The position numbers and the translations under genes are program-made. 64,000 nucleotides of DNA, from positions 576,001 to 640,000 of the forward strand of contig CBDEFO010000007.1 of the NCBI GenBank assembly GCA_965237525.1, written 5' to 3'. Every line of letters begins with the position of its first letter. Position 1 is the stretch's first letter. The DNA is from Candidatus Latescibacterota bacterium (lineage in GTDB: Bacteria; Latescibacterota; CBDEFO01). Positions 10,424 through 20,388 of the stretch are shown here, piece by piece. The notes below the pieces were generated by a model. It had not been told where the DNA came from and made no database searches. It saw only the letters and a program-made list of their open reading frames with translations.

Positions 10424-11061
10424 GGTAACTTCTCCTTTCTTATTGCACTCCAGGTTCCAGCATCAATTGCAATTTCTTTCTGTGTTAGTCCAAATTCCTC
10501 ATACGTCCCATCCATCATAGGGCTGTTTACGATTCCCCTTGTTGTCAGACGATATTTGGCAGGGTAAAGCTCGCCAGCTCTGAGGGATATTACCAATGGC
10601 CACTTAAAAGAGAAACTTTGACTATCAGCTATCAACGTATCCACTTGGGCATCTGATAGTATTATGAGCACCCCGCCAACATTTAATGGAGTATCTGTAA
10701 TTTTTAGACGTCTCTTGAATATATCATAAAAGTACGGGGGCATTATGTGTAGATTACCAAAACTCAAGATGCCCTCAAAAGTCTTTTCATCCCCTGTGCT
10801 TTCGCTGATCAGGCTCCCTGTCCACAAGCCACTTATGATATTTTGAACCTCTTTCGGGTCAATATCTTGGTCTTCCGATAGCACCTTTATGACCTTATCT
10901 TCACCACAGGCCGCTAGGAATAGAGAGATTATAAAGACGCTAGTTGATGTTATGAAAGAGACTTTGCTCATCAAGCATTTCATGTGTCTGTCCACTGCAA
11001 TATTTCTTCTGATCGAGATTGAATTGTAGAATGGTGTTTGTAGCTTTAGGCTTTGCTTCAT
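10420..11061 (-). CDS. Hypothetical lipoprotein
   Basis: Lipobox LAAC; true start probably at an internal Met. Confidence 0.55.
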   Translation of the reverse strand: MKQSLKLQTPFYNSISIRRNIAVDRHMKCLMSKVSFITSTSVFIISLFLAACGEDKVIKVLSEDQDIDPKEVQNIISGLWTGSLISESTGDEKTFEGILSFGNLHIMPPYFYDIFKRRLKITDTPLNVGGVLIILSDAQVDTLIADSQSFSFKWPLVISLRAGELYPAKYRLTTRGIVNSPMMDGTYEEFGLTQKEIAIDAGTWSAIRKEKLP

Positions 11062-11327
11062 TGTAAACCCTCCTCCTTTCCGTTACCTGAAGCCACTGTC
11101 GCTTGCAGCTATGAAAGCTCTTTATGTTAATAGCAGTAGCCTTTGGGGGAGACAAATCTAGGTAAGCTATCGATGTTACATAGAATTCGTGAAAGAGACC
11201 GTACACAATTCCATAAGGCTCTTTGCTTGAATCAGGATAAGATTAGCAATCTATATCTCTCATATACTACAATTCCAACCCTTTGTCAAGCTGCTTTGAT
11301 GATATAATATATATATTTCACAACTAT

Positions 11328-11562
11328 TTAGCCCGATTAATTCATAAACTTGGTGGAGTCATTGCGAGGAGCAAAGCGACGAAGCAATCTCAAGGTTTTA
11401 TAGCGGTCTCCTATGAGAGCCGGGAGTATTACATCTACCACAGAATCGAGATTGCTTCGCCTTCGGCTCGCAATGACACCGAAGGTGGTTAAACGGCATA
11501 ACTATAAATAATACAAACCCTTAATTAATACACGGCCTTTTTTTGTGAATTATTCGGGTTAG
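11328..11562. mobile_element. MITE-like element carrying a palindromic repeat pair
   Basis: Imperfect 21-bp TIR TTAGCCCGATTAATTCATAAA / TTTGTGAATTATTCGGGTTAG; internal GTCATTGCGAG..GAAGCAATCTC and its inverse. Confidence 0.65.
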
Positions 11563-12048
11563 TATTTGTCAACTATTTTACAAATACGGTTCTTCTCCAA
11601 AAAGTGTAGTAGCGGGTAATTCTGTTTCATGTTGTCTTGAGTTTTTGTATAAGTTAATAGTGGTAGTAGCGGGTAAGTAGTGTAGTGGTTGTGGGGTCGC
11701 TTTAGGCGATTTAAAGGATATGGTTAAGTCGGGTACTTATTGCTTTATTCATATTGCTTCTCATTGCGAAAGACCTGCCTTATATAAGGGATACTGTATC
11801 AGGCATTACTGGCAGGTCAAGCGGTATGGAAGGCTAATCCCTGAGAGGGAAAGAGAGGTAGATCGGAGCAAAAAAGGAGAGGAGAGGAGCTAATGGCAGG
11901 AATAATTGCGTTTGACAACACTTTTTCAGACAACAGGAACAGATATCAGATTGTCTTTTTAAGAAGCTATGGCCAGCTTTTGTGCTACTACTATGCTACT
12001 ATTTAGGGAAAATAAGGACCAATATTGGTATTTAATGAACACTAATGG

Positions 12049-12089
12049 GAAAAAGAAATTCCTCATAACTTATTGACTATGAGGAACTT
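12049..12089 (-). terminator. Intrinsic terminator after tRNA-Lys
   Basis: TTCCTCATA..TATGAGGAA stem followed by a U-rich run on the minus strand. Confidence 0.65.
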
Positions 12090-12091
12090 AT

Positions 12092-12167
12092 TGGTGAGCC
12101 CGGCAGGAATCGAACCTGCGACCAACGGCTTAAAAGGCCGCTGCTCTACCGACTGAGCTACGGGCCC
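12092..12167 (-). tRNA. tRNA-Lys (UUU)
   Basis: Cloverleaf GGGCCCG..CT TTT AA..GGTTCGATTCC..CGGGCTC ACCA. Confidence 0.97.
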
Positions 12168-12174
12168 AACGTCC

Positions 12175-13194
12175 CTACATTTTGCCTTTGCGAAATGCGG
12201 TTATGTATTCCATACAAAATTCGTCTGCCCCAACAAGAGCGTTGTATGCTAACTGGTATTGTGTAGATTGAGTGTCAATATTAGAGATACTTTCAGATTT
12301 GATCTGTAACGGATCTATTATTCCGCTGTCGCACCCGGCGTCTACAGACAAATGGATAAATACTTCGTTTAAGAGCCTCCGGTTGGGCATTCCAAAAGAG
12401 ACGTTGCTAAATCCTCCTGTAATATGAATCTCATCCCCGTAGAGGTCTCTTATCTGTTTGACTGCATCCAGGAAAAACCTCCCGTATCGAGAATCTACGC
12501 CTATGGGGAAGACGAGAAGGTCAACGAACACATCGTTGTGGGCGATGCTGAAGCGTTCGACAATTTCCATCAGCCTCTTTACGTTTTCCACTCTCTCCGT
12601 ATCATCGTCTGGCATTTTAGTTTTACCGAAGGCGGTAGCTATAATCTGGCAGTTTTTCTCCTTTGCCAATTCTACTATGTCGGGGCGTTCCAGAGATGCG
12701 GAGTTGAGGATAGACCCTCCTTTGGAGTAATCATAGACCTCAACACCTGATTTGATATTGTCCGTTGCGGAAGAATCTATGCTCAGGGGCAAATCTACGT
12801 GTTGTTGGATTGTCGGCACTATCCACTCCATAGCCTGAATCTGGACCTGGGGATTCGGTGCTATCTCATCTACATTTACGTCCAGGTAGTGTGCACCAGC
12901 CTCTACTTGCCTTCTGGCTGCGTAAAGGATATACTGCCGGGCTTCCTCCTGATCGTCTTTGTTTACTGATATTCCCTTGTCAACGGCGATCCTAATGTGC
13001 TTTATCTCATTTCGTTGATACTCCTGCGTTTCCTTGTAACTTTCAGGGATTGTCAAGTATCTGACATTCCCTCCAGAATCGGTGAACTTGATAGCTTCAG
13101 TACCGTCTTCCAGCGCTTCGACTCTCCTGCCATCCCTTCTGTAAACTCTGGTTGTATGTATGTTTTCGCCTATTATTATCAGATCACAAGACAC
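12175..13194 (-). CDS. Pterin-binding methyltransferase (AcsE/MetH-like)
   Basis: IIGENI, YLDVNV, PLSIDS, ILNS, GFSNVSFGMP, IIDP. Confidence 0.85.
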   Translation of the reverse strand: MSCDLIIIGENIHTTRVYRRDGRRVEALEDGTEAIKFTDSGGNVRYLTIPESYKETQEYQRNEIKHIRIAVDKGISVNKDDQEEARQYILYAARRQVEAGAHYLDVNVDEIAPNPQVQIQAMEWIVPTIQQHVDLPLSIDSSATDNIKSGVEVYDYSKGGSILNSASLERPDIVELAKEKNCQIIATAFGKTKMPDDDTERVENVKRLMEIVERFSIAHNDVFVDLLVFPIGVDSRYGRFFLDAVKQIRDLYGDEIHITGGFSNVSFGMPNRRLLNEVFIHLSVDAGCDSGIIDPLQIKSESISNIDTQSTQYQLAYNALVGADEFCMEYITAFRKGKM

Positions 13195-13305
13195 TTTTGA
13201 ATCTCCTGTTTTTACCCGGCATTGGCACGTCTATTGCGCAGGAGTGACGGCTTATCTTAAATATTAAACATGAACTAAAACTCCGGGAAAGTCAAAATAT
13301 AGGTG

Positions 13306-13830
13306 TTACAATTTTATGTCCTTTCCCTCTATGTAGTTCTTTATAAAGCTCACGAATTTAGTCAAGTCGCCTAAGTTCTTGCGAAGGAACCGATACACGT
13401 CCTCCACCGCAACCTCGGCGTATTCGTGGACCAATATATTCCTGAAGCCAGCCATGCCCGAAATAGAGTGAGCGAAGTCTTTGGGAATCGCCCCGATTTC
13501 TCCTAATCTCTCTATTATCTTCCCGTATTCTTCGTACCTGTTTACACCCTCAGCAGAGAGGATATGGCCTCCGATCTCTAGAACGTAGTGGATAGCTATC
13601 TGAAGACCATGCTCCCTTGCCCAGAGGATCTCTCAATTTCCTGCTGCATCCGCAAGACCATATCGCTTCAGCCCCTTGAGGGTCCTGAGTGTGCTATCAA
13701 TATTCCTATATGAGCCTTCAGCGTGTTAACATCATATATGATTTTGCACTTTGGCAAAGCGACCTCTCTCTATCCGTTTGTTGAGATAGTAGCTTTGTAG
13801 ACCTTATAAGTCGTCCCCTGAACTGGATAA
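13306..13830 (-). pseudogene. Decayed MntA-HepT (DUF86 HEPN) toxin-antitoxin pair
   Basis: HGLQIAI..GMAGFRNILVHEY (RX4H) with an upstream TGA and frameshift; LQSYYLNKRIERGRF remnant upstream. Confidence 0.75.
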
Positions 13831-14079
13831 TGTCGTCAAGTTTGAAAGCTTAGTAATAGTTCTGAAGATCGCTTGTAGTTATGCTGGTGACTTTAGACAT
13901 ATTGCTCTCCTTTGCATTGGCCTGCAAAGACTTCAGTGATCTTTATAACCTTCATAGAGTTCTTGAAGAGATGTGGGAAAATAGCGTCCTTGCAATCAAC
14001 GAGCAGTTGAATTTATTTGAATTGAATCTAGATGGAACTCGTACCATCCGTTTCCATGGAGCCCACTGAAGGTGGATTA

Positions 14080-16614
14080 TCAGGAACGGGTGGCGACAAA
14101 CTTGGAGTCTGGAGCAGTGATGCGGGCTAAAGTCTTAGCCAGGGGATAGGACTGTTCTACCTTTGCCGCTCCCACGCCCACGGGGATAAAGTTGCCCCCT
14201 TGAGCGTCCCAGATGGCCTTGTTGAGACTGTAGCTTCGGTCGCGGGCGTCATCGTACGCAGGATCGGCAAAGACGTCATAAAGACCCTGAATTTCGCCTT
14301 TAGCGTCCAGTTTAATGATCACCGACACAGCTACACCACGACTGTTGACGGTCGCTATCGCATCCTCAAGTGCAAGCGGCGTGGGGAACATATTGTGCGA
14401 CCCGCGTCCGTCCCCCTGAGTCATATAAAAGCCGTCTCTCATAAATAAGTTGAGTGCGTTGGCCAGCGGCTCTACCGCCAGGAGCACAGGATCGTCTTTG
14501 CCGCGATATTCTCCGCCTGTGATTACGGCTAGCTTCTCTGTGGACGCAGAAAGGAGAATATCGCCCAAGCTCTCAAGAACAAGCTGCGCATCCCACTCCT
14601 CTGTGGTTCTCGTCCAGATGCGCTTAAAGTTAAACTTCTCGGTGGCCCCCAGGAGGTTTTGTGCCTGGTGAGCCTCGCTTTCGAAATCCAGAAAGATGCG
14701 CTTGTGTCCTTCGACATCCCAGACCTCGACGACTAATCCCTTTGCGTCTGTCCCCTCCAAGTAATGGTTCAGGCTACCGTCTGCTGTGGTCTTGTTTAGG
14801 CTGTACCAGACTGGGAGATTGAAAGCCGAAGGGCCAGATTTATCTATAGCCAAAAGTCCTACATTAGCAGCTTTGGGCATCGGAAGCTCGGCAAAGCCCG
14901 GCCCTTGGCCAGATACGTTCCCTGCAAAGACGGGCTCAGGCTTGTGCCCCTTTTCTCGTCCTGTCTTCCATTGATTATATGCAGATTTAAGTTTATCTAT
15001 ATATATACGTTCGGATTCGGGCAGAAAATCGGGCAGAAGTTCTATGAACGCATCGTCTATTTCTGCTAATTCTTCAGTTGTTCGCCCCTCTGTCGCATCT
15101 CCCACCAGATCCTGTCCCAAGCCGTACCACTTATACCCGATAATTTCAGCCACCCACACCTGACGGAAAAAGGTCTTATATGCAAAAAGATGAATCGGAT
15201 TGCAGTCAACGCCTTTATCGTGGCTCATCAAAAGGTGTCCGTCGTCTCCCACTTCTAAGATTTTCGACGTTCCATATATAAGGCCTATATTTTTGGCCTC
15301 CTGGAGGCTCGCCTGTGCTACGTAGCGGAAGTGATTTGGCGGTGTGGTATGACCTATCTTTCCACCGCTGTCCGCCTTGATATCTGAGATAGTGAAGATG
15401 GACCGCTCGTTTGCTCTGACGACCACTCGATCTTCATGGTCAGGAATATCCATGAAGCGGTGCGACAGACGTTCGGCCTCTCCAAATGCGCGCCCTTCGG
15501 CGGTCTCGGGATTAAGGTAAGGCTCAAATTCCCCGTGCATTGTCATATAACGGATCAGGTTCCCTGCGTCTTTTTGGAGCCTTCGAGTCTCCGGCCTGTT
15601 CTGGGAGAAGATGTCCTCAACGTCTAGCCCCTGGGGGATGCGGCCCTGGTCGTAGGATTGATACGCGTACGCTGGGACCTTCGCGGTTCCTTCACTTATG
15701 GCTGTACTCTTTGCCTCTTCAAAGCTTACAGGCATAAGCCCCACTCGATATCCGCCGTCTTTACCCCCTGGTCCGAAGTAGAACTCTGCAGTGGACTGTG
15801 TGTACTCCCCTATAGCGGGTAGTCCCGATTGAGAGCGGCCGATTAAAATGGGTGAGAAATTGCCTTCTACCATAGCGGCTGGTTCGTCTTTAAGATCTCC
15901 TTCTCCAAAGCGTCCGCCAACTGCGTATACCTTGCTCAATCTCCATTCGTCGGCATCGGCAACAAGCGATTGCAGTTCATTCATCTGGCCCGGTCCAAAT
16001 TCGTAGGTTCGCACTTGAGATTTAGCGGACCTTAGGTCTTGGATGCTCTCTACGAGGGCGGAAAAATAGTTTCCCTCGATGCGTCTTCCCGATCCTTTAT
16101 CCGGGTTGAAAAATAGATTGAAGAGGGCTCGGTTGAAAAACCCCCAGCTTCCGTTTATGGCCTTTGCCACATAGATCGGTTCTGCGCCTCGCTCGGTGAA
16201 GGGGAAGTCCAAGTATCTTATGCCAAGGGCTTGAACCTGATCCTCAGGATCCATGTCTATTATGCTCTTACCGTCGTCGGGCTGATAAAGTCCCATTTCA
16301 TGAGCCTTTTTCAGAGCCTCTGTTGCCGCTTTGCGCGCCAGCTCAGCGGCACAAGTAGAAGGATTATTGCGGTAAGAGTTTCCGTCGAAGAAGTCCCCGT
16401 TATAAGTCGTAATATGCAGATGGAGATCCCCTCCAAATATGTTGGTCCACGCCCCTTTGAGCGTCCCGTTATCCACTTTGTCCCGCAAAAATTGATCGGC
16501 TACCTGGATGACTCCAATAGGTATATCACCGCCAAGAAGACTGCCCAGATCTATGCTGGCGATAATGACATTTGACTGAGTCGAAGGACGGTTTTCCATT
16601 CCTTTCAATCCCAT
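14080..16614 (-). CDS. Tandem-duplicated class V FBP aldolase/phosphatase
   Basis: Two ~400-aa copies; KADSGG..GH, GDD, YGLGQDL, GNVSGQGPG, DK, EYRGKDDP, RGSH in the C-half; ERGAEP, RSQSGLPAIGE, HGEFEP in the N-half. Confidence 0.85.
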   Translation of the reverse strand: MGLKGMENRPSTQSNVIIASIDLGSLLGGDIPIGVIQVADQFLRDKVDNGTLKGAWTNIFGGDLHLHITTYNGDFFDGNSYRNNPSTCAAELARKAATEALKKAHEMGLYQPDDGKSIIDMDPEDQVQALGIRYLDFPFTERGAEPIYVAKAINGSWGFFNRALFNLFFNPDKGSGRRIEGNYFSALVESIQDLRSAKSQVRTYEFGPGQMNELQSLVADADEWRLSKVYAVGGRFGEGDLKDEPAAMVEGNFSPILIGRSQSGLPAIGEYTQSTAEFYFGPGGKDGGYRVGLMPVSFEEAKSTAISEGTAKVPAYAYQSYDQGRIPQGLDVEDIFSQNRPETRRLQKDAGNLIRYMTMHGEFEPYLNPETAEGRAFGEAERLSHRFMDIPDHEDRVVVRANERSIFTISDIKADSGGKIGHTTPPNHFRYVAQASLQEAKNIGLIYGTSKILEVGDDGHLLMSHDKGVDCNPIHLFAYKTFFRQVWVAEIIGYKWYGLGQDLVGDATEGRTTEELAEIDDAFIELLPDFLPESERIYIDKLKSAYNQWKTGREKGHKPEPVFAGNVSGQGPGFAELPMPKAANVGLLAIDKSGPSAFNLPVWYSLNKTTADGSLNHYLEGTDAKGLVVEVWDVEGHKRIFLDFESEAHQAQNLLGATEKFNFKRIWTRTTEEWDAQLVLESLGDILLSASTEKLAVITGGEYRGKDDPVLLAVEPLANALNLFMRDGFYMTQGDGRGSHNMFPTPLALEDAIATVNSRGVAVSVIIKLDAKGEIQGLYDVFADPAYDDARDRSYSLNKAIWDAQGGNFIPVGVGAAKVEQSYPLAKTLARITAPDSKFVATRS

Positions 16615-17015
16615 GGTTTTTTCTCTCCCTAATCAAGATAATTTGACCACATTCCAACAGGTAATCCTACCTCAATATCGCTCTAGTGTTTGCTCCTTTT
16701 CCTAGGATCAGATAAACAAAAACCTGATGTGACAATATAAGACAATTCCAGTAAAAGGCAAGCAGTTTCTGCTTGGTGCAGGCATATTTAATTCTTCCAA
16801 AAACGCCAGTTGAGTCGGAGCCAAGCGAGGTTTTGAGATCAAGTGTGAGAACTGAATGATCCTATTTATTGATCTAAATACACTATTTCAATCTGGCGGC
16901 TGGGTACCCAGCCCTTGGGCGAGGGAATCTGGCACCTACACTATGTTCAATCAGTACTCGCTTACCATTGGAAAGAAAATTAAACGATCCTGGGCTGCTG
17001 TCCACGTTTCTATCT

Positions 17016-17462
17016 TTACGATGAGGCGGTCTCGGAAGACCAGCTTGGAACCACATTTTCGCCCTCAATCCAGCCTTCTCCTTTTTCCCACATCTCCTTC
17101 TTCCATATCGGAACAATCTCTTTCAGACGATCTATCGCATATTCAGAGGCTTGGAAGGCCTCCCTCCTGTGAGGTGATGCCACAGCGATAGCCACACTTG
17201 CCTCTCCTATATCTAATCTCCCTATGCGATGAACGATAGCCAAATCTTCTATTCCCCACTTCTCTTTAATTTCATCCGCTATCTGTTTCATCTTCGTTTC
17301 GGCCATCTGCTCGTAAGCCTGATACTCTAGGTACCTCACACCTTTACCCAGAGAGTTGTTCCTGACCACACCTGCAAAGGTCACGACAGCTCCATCTGCG
17401 TCCTTTCTGACCATCTGCGCCAGTTTTTCTACATCGATTGCATCTTTGACTATTTTAAACAT
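17016..17462 (-). CDS. moaE: Molybdopterin synthase catalytic subunit
   Basis: GAVVTFAGVVR, HRIG, SPHRREAF, PIWKKE. Confidence 0.95.
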   Translation of the reverse strand: MFKIVKDAIDVEKLAQMVRKDADGAVVTFAGVVRNNSLGKGVRYLEYQAYEQMAETKMKQIADEIKEKWGIEDLAIVHRIGRLDIGEASVAIAVASPHRREAFQASEYAIDRLKEIVPIWKKEMWEKGEGWIEGENVVPSWSSETASS

Positions 17463-17509
17463 AATCAACCTCCAACGCCGAAGATATGACGGCAATCACA
17501 TTTTTACAA

Positions 17510-17755
17510 TTAACCGCCGCTTACCGGAGGTATAAAGGCTACCTCATCTTTGTCATTTAGCTTTGCTTCAAAGTCGGTGTACTCTTTATTCAGAGCCACA
17601 AAGAGATTCCCCTTGAGGTTCGATAGTTTCGGAAATCGATAGGCGACGTGGTGCCAGAGGTCGCCTATGGTTCCTTTTTCATTTAACTCTATTTCTATCT
17701 CATCTGTGCCTACAATATCCCTGCACGATGCGAAAAATTTTACGTTGATCTTCAA
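17510..17755 (-). CDS. moaD: Molybdopterin synthase sulfur carrier
   Basis: 81 aa from TTG, ends PPVSGG, adjacent to moaE. Confidence 0.9.
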   Translation of the reverse strand: MKINVKFFASCRDIVGTDEIEIELNEKGTIGDLWHHVAYRFPKLSNLKGNLFVALNKEYTDFEAKLNDKDEVAFIPPVSGG

Positions 17756-17774
17756 TTTGTCGCCCTTTGTACTG

Positions 17775-18851
17775 TCACTGATTTGTCCTTTTTCTCCCCA
17801 TTTTCTCCCAAAAGGTTCTTCGATACGCCCCTTTCCTCCAGCCCTCATAACCCACGACGAAAAATATGATCGTGGCCTGAATGACATAGACCATTACCGA
17901 CGAGACTCCGGCTGCTCTTTGCATGTTCCCGGCGCCTGCGTTCATAGCTCCGAACAGAAAGGAAGAGAAGATCACACCTATGGGGTTTAATCTCCCCAAA
18001 AGGGCGACAGCAATAGCGGTATATCCGTAGCCGGGTGAGAACTTTTCGTAGAGTCGATACGTCAATCCAACTAGCTCAACAGCTCCTGCTATCCCCGCAA
18101 GACCGCCGCTTATCAGCATCGTCAGTAGGATGTTTTGTTCGACCTTTATCCCTGCGTACCTGGCAGCCTGAGGGTTTAATCCCACGGACCGAATTCTGTA
18201 GCCCAAGACTGTCTTGTAGAGCAGAAAATAGGCAAAACACGCCAAGACTAAAGCTAAAATCACGCCTGCATGTAGACGCGTCGGAGGCGCTATCCTTGAG
18301 AGTCTTGCTGCCTCATATACAGCGTCACTTTGGGGGAATTTGCCCGCCTTTTCCATAAGGGGGCCGTGCACGGCCCAGCTCGCTATCTGGATAGCTACAA
18401 AGTTGAGCATTATGGTGCTGATTACTTCCTGAACGCCCCTTTTTATCTTCAGTATTGCCGCTATGCCTGCCCATAGACCTCCAGAGATGAACGATACCAA
18501 AAGGATCAGGGGAAGGAGGATAAATCCAGGAGTAGAACTTATCGATGTCCCTATCCAGGCCGCTGAAAGTGCGCCCATATACAATTGCCCCTCAGCCCCG
18601 ATATTCCAGACGCCGCACCTGAAAGCCAAAGCTACCGCAAGCCCTGTAAAAAGCAGGGGACAGGTCTTCAACAAGGTCTCTGAGAGGCTGTATCTGCTCC
18701 CGAAGGCTCCATCTAAGAGCGCCTCGAATGCGGCCGTGGGACTCTGTCCTGAAAGATGGATAATGATGCCGTTTACGATCAAAGCCGACACCACAGCGCC
18801 AAGTGGAGTCCCCAACGCTCCAACTGTCCCCCAAAGAGTTCTTCGATCCAT
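17775..18851 (-). CDS. Nucleoside/sugar ABC transporter permease
   Basis: WNIGAEGQ, EVISTIMLN, GYGYTAIAVALLG. Confidence 0.9.
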   Translation of the reverse strand: MDRRTLWGTVGALGTPLGAVVSALIVNGIIIHLSGQSPTAAFEALLDGAFGSRYSLSETLLKTCPLLFTGLAVALAFRCGVWNIGAEGQLYMGALSAAWIGTSISSTPGFILLPLILLVSFISGGLWAGIAAILKIKRGVQEVISTIMLNFVAIQIASWAVHGPLMEKAGKFPQSDAVYEAARLSRIAPPTRLHAGVILALVLACFAYFLLYKTVLGYRIRSVGLNPQAARYAGIKVEQNILLTMLISGGLAGIAGAVELVGLTYRLYEKFSPGYGYTAIAVALLGRLNPIGVIFSSFLFGAMNAGAGNMQRAAGVSSVMVYVIQATIIFFVVGYEGWRKGAYRRTFWEKMGRKRTNQ

Positions 18852-18855
18852 AACT

Positions 18856-20388
18856 TCAAGCCGCCCTTTTTTCACCCATCATCATCAAGCCTATTTCGTC
18901 CCTTGGCGTTTTGGGAGACACAATTCCCATCAGCTTGCCTTCGAACATAATTCCTACTTTATCGCTCAAGGACAGGAGTTCGTCTAACTCCGTAGAGATC
19001 AGGAGCACAGCGCTGCCCCTTTCCCTTGCCTCCGAAAGTTTGCTATGGACGCATTGCGCCGCCGCTATATCGAGTCCCCTCGTCGGGTTCACGGCTATCA
19101 GAATATCCGGCTTTCTTGACAGCTCTCTGGCGATGACGACCTTTTGTTGATTTCCCCCCGAAAGGGAATCCGCCGAATCGTTTGGCCCTTGGGCCCGAAT
19201 GTCAAAATCACGGATGGCCTGAAGGGCAAAATCCCTTGTCTTCCGGCTCTTTAAGATGCCCCACTTTGAATACGGAAGATTCCCGTGTGTCTCCAAAATC
19301 AGGTTCTCCAAGAGCGAAAATCCCAATATAAGGCCCATCTTACGCCTGTCCTGGGGTATATGCGACCCATTGTGTTCAATCAATTTCTGAACCGACCAGT
19401 CCGTCTGTTCTTTTCCCTTAATCAGCATCCTTCCTGAGGCTATTTTCCTCAACCCTGACAGGGCTTCGGCCATCTCGGCCTGTCCGTTTCCGTCCACTCC
19501 TCCTATGCCAAATATCTCTCCCGATCTGACCTGAAGGCTGATTCCGCCGACGACTGGGACGCCGATTTTGTCAAGAACTTTCATATCCGCTACCTCAAGG
19601 ACGACATCACCTCTCGGCACCTCCTTTTTTGTTATCTTTTGAGCGGTTTCTCGTCCTACCATCATCCGGGCTAACTTTCTTCTGTCGGTATCTTGAGGCT
19701 CCATTGTCCCTATTACTTGCCCTCCCCTTAACACGGTCACCCTATCGCTTATCTTCATAACTTCATCCAACTTGTGGCTGATGAAGACTATCGAACGCTT
19801 GTCCTTTTTGAGCTCCTCCAGAATGTCGAACAGGTCTTCCACTTCTTGAGGAGTCAATACGGCCGTAGGCTCGTCCAGGATCAATATCTTGGCATCTCGA
19901 TATAAGGCCTTGAGTATTTCCACACGCTGTTGAGCCCCCACAGAGAGGTCTTGCGCCAGGGCTTTGGGGTCCACCTTCAGTCCGAACCTCCCGGATAGGT
20001 TTTCCACGTCCTTTTGGGCCTCAAGTCTGTCGAGCATTATCCTTTTTAGAGCATTCCCCACACCTTCGCGTTGTACTCCTAATACGACGTTTTCTGCCAC
20101 AGTGAAGACAGGGACGATCTGAAAGTGCTGGTGGATCATCCCAATTTTCGAATTTATCGCATCCTTTGGAGACTTGGGATGTATTCTTTTGCCGTTCAGA
20201 AGTATCTCTCCTGAATCTGGCCTGTAGAGGCCGTAGAGGATGTTCATTAGCGTAGTCTTGCCCGCTCCATTCTCACCCAAAAGGGAATGGATTTCGCCCT
20301 CCTCAAGTGAAAAATGGACTCCGTTCAGGGCTATGTTCGAGCCAAATTTCTTATTTATATTTTTAAGTTGCAAAAGAGCCAACGTCAA
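18856..20388 (-). CDS. Nucleoside/sugar ABC transporter ATPase (two ABC domains)
   Basis: GENGAGKTT, LDEPT, LSGGNQQK. Confidence 0.95.
   Translation of the reverse strand: MTLALLQLKNINKKFGSNIALNGVHFSLEEGEIHSLLGENGAGKTTLMNILYGLYRPDSGEILLNGKRIHPKSPKDAINSKIGMIHQHFQIVPVFTVAENVVLGVQREGVGNALKRIMLDRLEAQKDVENLSGRFGLKVDPKALAQDLSVGAQQRVEILKALYRDAKILILDEPTAVLTPQEVEDLFDILEELKKDKRSIVFISHKLDEVMKISDRVTVLRGGQVIGTMEPQDTDRRKLARMMVGRETAQKITKKEVPRGDVVLEVADMKVLDKIGVPVVGGISLQVRSGEIFGIGGVDGNGQAEMAEALSGLRKIASGRMLIKGKEQTDWSVQKLIEHNGSHIPQDRRKMGLILGFSLLENLILETHGNLPYSKWGILKSRKTRDFALQAIRDFDIRAQGPNDSADSLSGGNQQKVVIARELSRKPDILIAVNPTRGLDIAAAQCVHSKLSEARERGSAVLLISTELDELLSLSDKVGIMFEGKLMGIVSPKTPRDEIGLMMMGEKRAA

Noticed and set aside
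13630..13640. TGA in the HEPN gene as selenocysteine
   Set aside because: Not at a Cys-type position and accompanied by a frameshift.
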